Origin: Schmidtea polychroa
Taxonomy: Eukaryota
Length of the DNA: 64,000 nucleotides
Direction: 5' to 3'
NCBI GenBank assembly: GCA_044892525.1
Contig: CM097885.1
Coordinates: forward strand, 235,602,001 to 235,666,000
A program made the translations under genes and the position numbers. Shown piece by piece: positions 20,337-30,531 of this stretch; the first letter of the stretch is position 1; the number at the start of each line of letters is the position of its first letter. The notes beneath the pieces are model-generated. The model did not search any database. It was not told the DNA's origin and saw only the letters and a list, made by a program, of their open reading frames with translations.

Positions 20337-21749
20337 TTAAAAATCTGTTTTCTGTAGTTCATTATTATAAAATCTACCTAATATTTTTTCATTATTTAAA
20401 TCAAAGATGCTATATGTTATTGGAGTTGTATAATGTATTTTATTTATAATAAAAATTTCATTTGTCCATTTTGCTGTGAATCCTTTTTCAAATTTATTTT
20501 TATATTTAAATATTCTTACTCGGTCACCAATTTTAAACTTTGGTTTTTCAATAACATCATTTTCAATATTTACCACTTTAATGGTTTCAGGCTTCATGGA
20601 AGCATTTAAAGGTGTTAATTTTATAGAACTATGTACATCATTATTATATTCATTTACAATCTTTTGTAACAATTCATTGTTCCATTTTTGTTTTCCAATA
20701 GCAGTAAAATATTTCCACATTTTATTTTTTAATGTTCTATTTAATCTTTCAACTACGACTGCTTTTCCTTCGTTTTCTGTTGAATATAATTTAATATCAT
20801 TTTCATTTAAAAACTTTGTAAAAACTTTGTTATAAAATTCTGTTCCTTTATCACACCATAAATATTTTGGGATTCTTTGATTTTCTTCAAATATATTTTC
20901 AAATGCTTCTGTAATAGAATATCCTGTTTTATTTTCTAAACATCTTGCAAAAGCAAATATTGTATATAAATCTATTACAGTTAAAATTATTTTATATTTT
21001 TCAGGGTCTGATGATTTGGGCATAAAGACTAAATCTGCAGACCATGTTTGATCTTTTTCATGTACTTGAACTTTTAAATATTTTTTATTTTTTCTAAATT
21101 CATGGTGTAATTCCTTTGCATATTTTATTTCTGATTCTGTTGGGGTTTGTAAACTAGTCTTGGCTGTACTCTCGAGGGATCTTTCAATCTCTGCTTGTTC
21201 GATAATCTTTTTATAAGCAACATCTTTTGCTTTCCTAGGAAGTCTTGCACCCATGGTGATCGGACTGTGTCCTAAGCCTATGAAAATCTTACCTTTCATT
21301 GCTAATTTAACTAGAGCTCTTTGAATCTTTTCTTGGGTTGATGGATTTTGGATACTATTTAAATCATGTATTAAATTCACATCTGCAACATGTCTATCTC
21401 TAAGATTTGTTGAATTGTATGCAATGTCATGTTTTAAAGCTGCTTGATCAATTCTATTTATTGGTTCTTCTCCTTGTTTGGGATTATTATTTTCATCTAA
21501 TCTAATATCTAGACGTGTTCCTGGTCCAGTATAGTTGTGTTTAAATAAATGTCTTTCACCTGGATATTTTTCTGTAGTAAAAGGTTTTAATATTGAAGAT
21601 GTTGTTTTTGAAGATTGCAAATCGCCTCCAGCTCGTGGAATTAGGTCACCTACTGTATGTTTTTTAGTTTTAAGATGACTTGCTTTATGATGTCTTGTAA
21701 CTTGACAATTACAAGTTTCACATCTCCAATAGGGTTTATTTAAAGACAT
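20337..21749 (-). CDS. C2H2 zinc finger + parvovirus-type phospholipase A2 + retroviral-like (rve) integrase fusion
   Basis: CETC...HLKTKKH; HNYTGPGT...DQAALKHDIAY...RHVAD (PLA2); WSADL, LWCDKGTEF, VVERLNRTLK (DDE); PKFKIGDRVRI...KGFTAKW tail. Confidence 0.93.
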   Translation of the reverse strand: MSLNKPYWRCETCNCQVTRHHKASHLKTKKHTVGDLIPRAGGDLQSSKTTSSILKPFTTEKYPGERHLFKHNYTGPGTRLDIRLDENNNPKQGEEPINRIDQAALKHDIAYNSTNLRDRHVADVNLIHDLNSIQNPSTQEKIQRALVKLAMKGKIFIGLGHSPITMGARLPRKAKDVAYKKIIEQAEIERSLESTAKTSLQTPTESEIKYAKELHHEFRKNKKYLKVQVHEKDQTWSADLVFMPKSSDPEKYKIILTVIDLYTIFAFARCLENKTGYSITEAFENIFEENQRIPKYLWCDKGTEFYNKVFTKFLNENDIKLYSTENEGKAVVVERLNRTLKNKMWKYFTAIGKQKWNNELLQKIVNEYNNDVHSSIKLTPLNASMKPETIKVVNIENDVIEKPKFKIGDRVRIFKYKNKFEKGFTAKWTNEIFIINKIHYTTPITYSIFDLNNEKILGRFYNNELQKTDF

Positions 21750-21766
21750 TTTAAAATGTTAAAATA

Positions 21767-23059
21767 TTAAGAATCTCCCCTAACATTTTCAATAATTGAA
21801 ATCTTTCCACCATATAATTTCATTTCTATTTTCTTTTCTTCTAATATTAATGTATATACTTTAGCTTTAAAATTAGAATCCTTTGTTACATGAAGTGTAA
21901 CATCAACATTATTTATGGCTAATCGATCATCTTGGTCTGATACATTTATACAAAATATAGAATATAAATTTTTGAAATCTTCTAAACTTAATTGCGGTTC
22001 AACTTTGAAATCATAACATGTTTCAATATAATTTAGATATGGGAATATGTTTTCATTATTTTCAATATTAAATTCCATTCTATTTATTGGATAATAAGAA
22101 CTATTTAATTGAATTTGGATTGTTTTTAAATTATCATCTCCAATCTTTTGAATAAATAGATTGTTATTTTTTTGGAAAGATGAATCTGTTTCTTTGAATC
22201 CAATCAAGATATATCTTGGTCGGTATGCTAAATTTGCTACCTTTATAGAATATGTTGAACCCTCTGTCATACTAAATTCACTACAGATTCTATTTAAATA
22301 ATTTACATTTATAGACTTGTTGGAATTTAATCTTTCAAGGAGTTTAATCTCAGAATGTGGGTTTAATGTCCATTCAGGTATATGTAATTCAAGTGTTGAT
22401 AATTTTAATTTAGCTTTTGTATCTACAGCTCCATAGAACAATCTTTTATCACCTTCTACTCTATTACAGATGAATTCTATAAAAACATTATGAAGTATAC
22501 GATTATAGTTTTGAAGGAATCCGAACAAGTGTTTTATTTCAAAATAACCTTCAAATTTTTTAGATTTATAAAGTTCAGCTCTTTTATGGTAACCATGGTT
22601 TACATCTAAACCATCTTTATCTAAATCCCCTTTATTAACATCAGGAATCCAACCTGTTAATTCACCATATTCGTTTTTATAATCACAACCAGTCAAAATA
22701 AAATTTAACATTGTAGAATATACTCCCGGATGCAAAACAGTTTCAATTTCTGATGATCCTAGTTTTAATCTCATGTTGGAGAATAAATTTGGAAAGAAAT
22801 TATTTTCTAGGGTTATATCTTTGTTTGCTTCAATTTCTAATTCTACTTTGTAATATAATTTGGCATTACAAATATCTATTGGGTTTGATGTTTGAAGAGA
22901 TTGAAAAACTATATCACCCCTACGATTTAAGTTTGCAATAGATCCTGAAGTTGGCGAGATTTTTAAAATATCATTTTTTTTAATTTCATGAGTAAATTCT
23001 TTATTATAATCAAGATTTAATTTATTTTTTTCTTGAATTTTAAGATTTATATTATTCAT
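21767..23059 (-). CDS. Major capsid protein (double jelly roll; PY/adexon)
   Basis: 430 aa from the ATG at 23059; beta-rich; NFFPNLFS, HLFGFLQNY, RPRYILIGF, LNSSYYP, YSIFCINVS resemble polinton MCP motifs; size and context fit. Confidence 0.88.
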   Translation of the reverse strand: MNNINLKIQEKNKLNLDYNKEFTHEIKKNDILKISPTSGSIANLNRRGDIVFQSLQTSNPIDICNAKLYYKVELEIEANKDITLENNFFPNLFSNMRLKLGSSEIETVLHPGVYSTMLNFILTGCDYKNEYGELTGWIPDVNKGDLDKDGLDVNHGYHKRAELYKSKKFEGYFEIKHLFGFLQNYNRILHNVFIEFICNRVEGDKRLFYGAVDTKAKLKLSTLELHIPEWTLNPHSEIKLLERLNSNKSINVNYLNRICSEFSMTEGSTYSIKVANLAYRPRYILIGFKETDSSFQKNNNLFIQKIGDDNLKTIQIQLNSSYYPINRMEFNIENNENIFPYLNYIETCYDFKVEPQLSLEDFKNLYSIFCINVSDQDDRLAINNVDVTLHVTKDSNFKAKVYTLILEEKKIEMKLYGGKISIIENVRGDS

Positions 23060-23145
23060 TTTTATATATAAAAGTTGATAAAAATAAAAGTTGAAAAATA
23101 AAAATAAAAATAAAAGGGAATTCAATAAAAAAATAATTTATAAAA

Positions 23146-23367
23146 ATGATTGACTTTATTGAAAGAATGAGAAATGAATTGAATGAAGTTAAACTTAAGA
23201 GAATAAAAAGAAGAGAAGAAGAACCATTAGAATACATTAAAGAGTTGGTGGTAGAGAATGAAAAGTATCGACATTTTTACATGAATGCAGTAGAAGTAGC
23301 TGAGAAAAGATTAGATAAAATAAAACAATTACAGGAAAGAATAAAAGAACTTGAATCGATTATTTAA
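23146..23367 (+). CDS. Small charged coiled-coil protein of the Polinton, unknown function
   Basis: 73 aa, AAAATG start context like the other viral genes; its stop abuts the right TIR. Confidence 0.55.
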   Translation: MIDFIERMRNELNEVKLKRIKRREEEPLEYIKELVVENEKYRHFYMNAVEVAEKRLDKIKQLQERIKELESII

Positions 23368-23388
23368 AAAAATGACAAAAAATCCAAA

Positions 23389-23470
23389 CCTTGATGGCGC
23401 AGTGGGCTAGACTGACACAGTGGTTCAAAATGCTAGCGGTTCAAATCACATCTGAGGTTAGTTTTTTTTT
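23389..23470 (+). ncRNA. Putative Pol III small RNA cassette, copy 3 (right TIR)
   Basis: Box A TGGCGCAGTGG 23395-23405, box B GGTTCAAATC 23438-23447, T9 at 23462-23470; ends pair (CCTTGATG / CATC-T-GAGG). Confidence 0.6.
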
Positions 23471-23635
23471 CAACATAAAATAATATTAAAAATTTGAAAA
23501 TAATATTGAAAATAGTGTGGGTATCTTATATTTATAAAGTACTTGTATATTTTATTTTATTTATTTTATTTTATTTTATTTTTTTATTAATTAATTATTT
23601 TTTAAACATAAATATGAAAAAAAAAATATTGAAAC

Positions 23636-23999
23636 GGGTGATGGTGGCGAACCGGTAATTATCGCCACCTGTCTTTCGAACACCCCCGGATCGATTCTTT
23701 AATGTGCACATTTATTTCTCAGTTGTTTTCGGACCTCTTTCGAATTCGCTTTCGAATTCATTTGTACTTTCGAGCAGCACACTTAAAACGCCGATGAAAT
23801 CGTATTCGAGCGAGAAGCGAATAATAAGGTGTGCTGCTATTATCGGATTGATTCTGATGTATGAGTCTGGCCAGCTTGTATATTGGAGGAGATTCGATAA
23901 ACGAAAGAGGTTGATAAATAAAAAAAATGATCCGGATCAAAAAAAACTGTTGAGGGGACAGTGAAAAAAAAAATACCACTGTCCCCTCAGAGCAGTTTT
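23636..23999 (+). ncRNA. Candidate large structured RNA in the TIR (mirror copy at 9774-10137 on the minus strand)
   Basis: GC-enriched island with nested complementary segments (10-bp, 10-bp, 8-bp, 7-bp, 13-bp helices) ending in TTTT; see findings. Confidence 0.45.
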
Positions 24000-24994
24000 A
24001 CTATTTTTCATTTATTTTTTAATTTATATAATTTAAAATCAATAATCTGATAAAGATCAAATAGCCCTCTAACTTTTTCATAATGCCATTTTCTTTTCTA
24101 TTCTCTTTTTAGTTTGAAGCTTTTGAGTTTGAGGCTTTAAAGATTAAAACAGTTAGAGTCATTAAGGGTGGTTGTTTTCAAAATATAGGGTTAAAATACT
24201 ATAAAAGTATAAGTTTTAGGTTGTTTTTCTAATAGCTTAAGTGATTTGGAGGCATGTTTTTGTTGGGGGGCTGTTTTGGTTGGGTATATAACCACACTAC
24301 TAACCCTAAGTTATACAGAAAGAATAAAAATTAAGGTGAAGTAGAGTTTAAATTAACTTATTTCAAAAAGGAAAATAAATAGTTAGCAAAAAATCAATTA
24401 CCTCTGGTAGTTTTTTTATTTTTAGTTATTTATTTTTAATTGATTTGTATTTATTGATTTTATTTTATTATGTTCATGTCTGTCTCAAAATACCTATTTC
24501 CCCAGAATATATCAAATTTAACTTTTTTCAAATTTTAAATTAATTTTGTGTTTTATAAATTTTGGCATTTTTCTATTTGCATATTTAAATTTATTTTACG
24601 AACCCCAACAACTTCATAAATACTTTATCTTATTACATATTAAATTTCAGTTGAATTTAGGAAAGATTATTGAGTTTGTTATTATTAGTTGTCATAGTTA
24701 CGAGATAAAAATTCAATTTTTCTTAAATGTAAATTAAATTTTTTGATTATTATTTAACAATTTCACAGTCTGTTAATGTGTTGCAAATTAATCGATTTTT
24801 TTTAAAAATATTTATAATTAAATATTGTTTAGATTAATATTTTATGTAATTTGTAATTATAATTTGTAATCTGATGGCATAAAATTTAAACAATTTGGAT
24901 TTAGAAAGAGAATTTTAATTTAGATAAAATGCAATAAATTGATTTTTTTATTTATACTTGATTTTAAATATTAATAAAATTTTAATTTTTTTAG

Positions 24995-27584
24995 AAATCT
25001 CAAGACAGAAATATTCAAATAATGCACAACAAAAGTGTATCTATATCTGAAAGATGTATTAGCTTTGTAAGTAATTGTTTTGGTTAATGTATGATTCAAT
25101 AGCGAGTTAAGGGGTAGGATTATGAGGTTACTCGAGGTTTCAAAACTGAAGTTTCCTGAATGTGCAAAGAAATTGTTATCGTTGACAATCTAATATTCGA
25201 AACCACTGGGTCACGAAACCTTTCTTATAAGTTATATTATTACATAATCAGATTTGCCCACATTTTTTAACTCCAGGCAAAAAAAATAACCATAGACCGA
25301 CACAGAGGCATAACTGGGTTTTCGACGCCCTTGGATAATTTATTTTTGGCGCTCTTGACAAGTCTTAGCTTTGCGCCTTTTTCAATTGTTAGAAAAAAAT
25401 AATTGAATTTCTATTTTTTTTATGACAATAATTATGAAAATAATGACAGTCAATCAACAAGGATAAAAGTGAAATATCTATTTAAATAAAAATTAGAGAT
25501 TTCGCGGCGCTCTTTTGAACTGAGCAGTTGTTACGCCACTGCACCCGCAATTATTAATTATGTGCGTCGAGGACATATCACGGCAGTTACTAATTAACAC
25601 ATTATATATTCCATTAAATTTACATTTTATAAAAGTTTTTAAAATATTTTTAATTTTTTAATTATGATTGAAACAGAACTCTGTATTCGAGCTCGAGAGC
25701 ATTATAGACCGAAGACTTTGACCAATATTAGTGAGCACAATATAGGCTGTAAGAGTAAAATAGGTATGTCTGATTTTAAAATTGTATTAAAAAATTTCGA
25801 TAATTATTGGGAACGTATAATTTGTGAGGTGTTGTTGATAAAGTCATTGAATCCGAAAATTAATATGCAGAATGCAGTGAATACTTGTATTTTAAATGTT
25901 TTTAAATAATTTTTTGTACATTGTATGTATTGATTGTTATTAATAAAATTTTTAAATTATCAAATTAAATTCTAAATGTTAAAATTAAAAAATAATAATA
26001 TATTATTTTAATTAGAATTTTTAAAAAGAATGAAATGTTTTTATTAAGAAATTTATTTTTATAATTAATAAGATTAATATATTTGTTTAACCCTTGTTTA
26101 ATTTTTTGTATATTGTATGTATTGATTGTTATTAATAAATTTTTTAAATTATCAAATTAAATTCTAAATGTTAAAATTAAAAAATAATAATATATTATTT
26201 TAATTAGAAATTTTAAAAAGAATGAAATGTTTTTATTAAGAAAATTTTTTTTATAATTAATAAAATTAATATATTTGTTTAACCCTTTCAATACGATTTT
26301 ATTTTAATAATTAATAGCAACATCTAGAATGACAAAATTTTATAGAAAAGGAAAAAAGCAGACAGGTTTGGACTTTTTTACGAGCCTATGACCGTACAGT
26401 ACTAAAATCCCAGATCCTAATGCATTTGTAAGCATATAAATTAATTTAGTAATTGTTAGAAATTCTTTTGGACAATATGTCCCTACAGTATTGAAAGGGT
26501 TAAAATCCTTAATTTATATAGTTATTATATCCTACCTGATGATGACAGGAAAACTGTCGAAATATATCGTGAAAAGAATGTTTGATTGGCGTTTTCTTAT
26601 GTTTTTAAACCAAATTTATATTTTTAAATCACACCCAAAATAATTTTAATATTAATCAACATTTCAAAAATCTAGAAATAAGTTTTTTAACGCACTACTT
26701 TAATTTGAAAGCATCAACGATTCACATATTTTTTGTACATTAATTTTAGGATTCAACAATACTTCACATATGACACATTCCCAAAAATAATTTTAAATTT
26801 TTAAATCAGAAATAGCTATTTTACTCATACAATTCTCATTGTGTTTACTGATATAAATCGATTCGTTCGGTTGACAGTGTTCAAGAACTCGAGTACTGGA
26901 ATTTTTTGGGGGAAAGAAATCACTGTGTGTGACACATATTACTAATGACAGTGAGACTGTTGAAATATATCGTAAAACAGATATTTGAGTAACCCCCTCT
27001 AATAATTAAATTATTGTCATGTTTATTTAATTATTTTTAAAAACATTTTTGAAGAAATATTTAGTAAGAATGTAGTAGATATTTAATTACCAGACATTAG
27101 AAAATGAAACATAAATAAAAATTTTAGATACAAAAGACCTCTTTGGAAGATGTAGGATGTGTATCGGATCATTATTCGATTTTATATTTGTATTCATTAA
27201 ATTGTTCTCGGTACACCATTCTAAAAGAAGTGGTTGATACCGGAAATATAGGATTTGCTGTTCAGAAAAATTCGCTTTTAAAAGAAGCTATTCAGAAAGA
27301 GTAATTTTTACTATTACTTATAAAATTAAATAATAATTTATTGTAGAGTGTCTAATTTAGCTGAAATGGGAATTATTAACAAATGGTTTTATCAAAGCAT
27401 AAATATTTCAACCCTTTGTGATGATATCAATAATATCAGCAGCAACGATCCCATAGGATTGGATACGGTGGTTGGAGTTTACGTTTTAGTTATTGCACTT
27501 TATTTGCTAGGGTTAGTACTGGTTGGATGTGAAAGGTTGATATGGAGAAAATTTTCAAAACCTTCAATCAATTTTTTAACTTAA
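24995..27584 (+). CDS. 3' exons of a host ionotropic glutamate receptor-like gene (S2 lobe + M4); exons 24995-25066, 27128-27300, 27347-27584
   Basis: Phase-compatible AG/GT splice sites; translation GNIGFAVQKNSLLKEAIQKEVSNLAEMGIINKWF...C...PIGLDTVVGVYVLVIALYLLGLVLVGCE matches the iGluR S2-M4 pattern. Confidence 0.8.
25303..25541. mobile_element. Degenerate hAT-type MITE
   Basis: Ends CAGAGGCATAAC / GTTACGCCACTG; TSD only partly conserved. Confidence 0.45.
26283..26499. mobile_element. piggyBac-type MITE (217 bp)
   Basis: TTAA on both sides; perfect 12-bp TIR CCCTTTCAATAC. Confidence 0.85.
26533..26571 (+). ncRNA. Minimal type I hammerhead ribozyme (Penelope type)
   Basis: CTGATGA-T-GACAG-gaaaa-CTGTC-GAAA-TATA-TC; palindromic helix III, short helix I (TAC/GTG). 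Confidence 0.7.
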
Positions 27585-29616
27585 AGATTTTAAGATTTGT
27601 AATAAATTTAAAAAAAAATTTAATTCATTACTGCAATTTTTAATTTTGTTGAAATACGATAAAAACTGCTTTTAATTAATATGATATATCATTTCGAATG
27701 GTTTTACTCAAGGTATGACTAAGAAAGACATTAAAAAGTATACATGTTTTTATTAAGTCATTTTAGATATATAGTACCTTAATGAAAATTATTCGTTTCA
27801 TAATTATAACATATCAAAATTTAATTTTTTCTAAACTTTATTTTGAAATGTTTTAAAAAATTAAAATTAAAATATGCAGTAAAAATTTCTAAGGCTTAAG
27901 GTTTTGGACTTTTTATCTTGGTGGCCTTCGACTCTTGTGAAACCTTGTAAGGTATGGTCCTCCACAGTGCCTTTTTCTGGAAAAAGAGTTGTCGGGACGT
28001 ATCTGTACTATCCTTTATATGCAAAAAAAGACGCTGAAATTAGCTAACAAATAAAATAATTATGCAGGACACAAAATATACACTTATTAGTAACTTATTA
28101 CCGATAAATTTACAACACCGACACAGGAAACGATTCTATATCCAAAATAAATTTATTTTCATTTAAATCATTATTATTATTATAAATATTCATTATAAGT
28201 GATTCATTCACTTTTAAGAGAAATATTGAAAATTAAATTACATTCATTCACATGCACATCATGCGTACATTCACAATAATTGCTCAAAATATTACTTACA
28301 TTCAACTTATGGTTTCTATCATTTCTCCAGATGTGGGATCAAACGTCTCCTTTTTTCTTTTCAAATTCTGTCCTTTAGAAATTTCAACTGTTGATTCAAA
28401 TTGTGTTTCTTTTTATAACCTGCAACCTAATGGCACTTACTAATATTGACTTTCGTTTAGATTCCTTCTTCCCGAATATTATCTTTGGTTATCTCCAAAA
28501 TTATCTTTGACAGCCATCGAGATAAGAAAATTTGTTTTCTATTTTTGTTTTTCATTTTATGCTGTACTTATTAATATATGATGACCTTGTCGTATTTTAT
28601 TGTTTTATTTTATTGATTTTTGTTATTCTCTTTATTTTCAAGTTCTTTTTCCCATTTGTGTTTTTCAGCATTCTAGAACAGAATTCCCTTTATTTTATTC
28701 TATTTTTCAAAATCATTTTATGCATTTCAATAATTATTTAATTTAATATTTAGGTATCCTCAACATTTACAATTTATTCTTTCTTTTTCTATACCATGGT
28801 ATAGAAATTTAGAAGGGCCAGCAATATCTGAAACTCTACAGAAATAATAAATTGATTATAACTTACAAATAAATCTTACAATATTGTTGGCCAATAACTA
28901 GAAAATAACACAGTTGTTTGTATATAACAATAACACAACGCGGGAGAAAGGCAAAAAATTTAAATTAAAAACGAAAAATCATCGAGAAGAATTAAAAATA
29001 AATAAATCAAAATAAAATAAGAGAAAAAGTAAATTAAATTAAAAGCAAGACATTAAATAACTATCAAACTAAAAACATATGAAAATAAAATACTGAAAAT
29101 ACCGATTAAAACTAGGAATTAACTAATTGAAAAAATTGTAAAATAACAAAATCCGAAGCAAAGCTAGAACAGCGCGGATAAAATAGCAAATTTAAGATGA
29201 AAAGTAATTAGGGAGTCAAAACAAATGAATGAGTGACAATGACAGAAATTTTGGAGAGAAAATAACAAAATTAAAAAGAAAATTTCAAAAAGTCATGGAA
29301 AAACGTTGAAAAAAGAGTCACGGAAAGAGACTCACACAAAGAGCAATCGATGAGAAGAAAGAATACGTTTGAATCAAGTAAATCAACAAAACAATGGCCA
29401 AAAGGTTATAGTTAAATTAATGATTTGAAAATATTTGATATAGAAGTGTAGTGTTCATAATGACGAGACGAGTACTCGCGAACAAACAATAAAAAAGAAC
29501 TCGGTAGGGACCTGCTCACAGCGGACAACTACTAGAAAATAAGCAGCTCCGAAAATTCGTGAATATCAAAAAAAAGTCTTGTGAATATAAAATATTTTTC
29601 AGGAATTTAGAATATA

Positions 29617-29927
29617 CCGTATTTTTCGGACCATAAAGCGCAATTAACATCCTTTCATTTTCTTAAAAATCGTAAGTGCGCCTTATAATGCGGTGCGCCT
29701 AATGTATGCTTGTGCTTTCTGACCTAGAACTGATTTTACACCTAAATCCAAAATATAAAAGTTTCTATAATCTAAAAAATATCGATAAAATTATAGTATT
29801 GGAGGAACACAAAAACTTACCTGTATGTAAAAATTTTATGTTCCGAAAGTTAAAAGTTTTACATTGGAATTGAGAAAGTGACAGAAAAATAATTTAATGT
29901 GTGCGCCTTATGGTTCGAAAAATACAG
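29617..29927. mobile_element. Tc1/mariner (pogo/Tigger-like) MITE
   Basis: TA flanks; ~26-bp imperfect TIR CCGTATTTTTCGGACCATAAAGCGCA / TGCGCCTTATGGTTCGAAAAATACAG. Confidence 0.8.
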
Positions 29928-30531
29928 TAATAATATTTGAAGGAGTTTAAGCCTTTTAGAAGATTTGCAGCGAAAAGCCAAGACAAGAAGCAATGTAGCG
30001 ATAAGTAAATTTTATTTCATCGTTATTTAAGCATAGATAATGAAGGGTTAGGATAAATAATATGATTATGAAGTAACAAGAGGTAAGCCCGTGAAACCAG
30101 AGGTGCGTTAGGGTATCCGTAGACCTTTTGATCGGGCTCGCATTTTATTGACAGGAACTCGCTAAATTGTGATACCAAACTTTGCTTGCGACAAGCGTTT
30201 AGTGTAATCAAATAAAATGGTTATTGGCGGTTTCGAAGGGAAGTATCAGAATACGACGTTTACGGATAGAAAAGACTTTCACACTCGTACCTCGTCAATA
30301 TAATATTTTCACTTTTATGAAAGGAAGAGTTTTAACAGAAAGTTCTGAAATGTTAAGGAAATATTAAATAATTTTAGCTTTAAAATAAATCTTACGATTA
30401 TATTTCTTCAATTTCACGGAAGTTCAATATTTCGCCATTTTTTTCCTCTAAATGTTGTCTAAAATTAAAATATTATAGGAATGTATCTCATTGTCTCATT
30501 GTTGTCGTTGTTTAAGTAAATTATTAAATTA

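Larger units (their letters stand above)
9472..24301. mobile_element. Complete Polinton/Maverick (adintovirus-like endogenous DNA virus), 14,830 bp
   Basis: Termini AGTAGT/ACTACT, 6-bp TSD AACCCT (9466-9471, 24302-24307), long TIRs, and pPolB, integrase, ATPase, protease and capsid genes. Confidence 0.98.
23363..24301 (-). repeat. Right terminal inverted repeat of the Polinton
   Basis: Reverse complement of the left end; the innermost ~100 bp matches the second left-hand repeat copy (10518-10624). Confidence 0.95.
25664..26600 (+). mobile_element. Penelope-like retroelement 3' remnant (GIY-YIG C-terminus, duplicated 3' tail, hammerhead)
   Basis: ORF 25664-25909 LCIRAREH...SEH...RIICEVLLIKSLNPKIN; ~192-bp tandem duplication (25911/26103); hammerhead core at 26536. 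Confidence 0.75.

Noticed and set aside
23060..23125. Hydrophobic N-terminal extension (signal peptide) on the major capsid protein
   Set aside because: Arises from a TTG start in A/T-rich intergenic DNA; the ATG at 23059 has the same AAAATG context as the other viral genes.
23389..23457. A bona fide tRNA gene
   Set aside because: Promoter boxes fit, but the T-arm stem and anticodon arm do not form a canonical cloverleaf.
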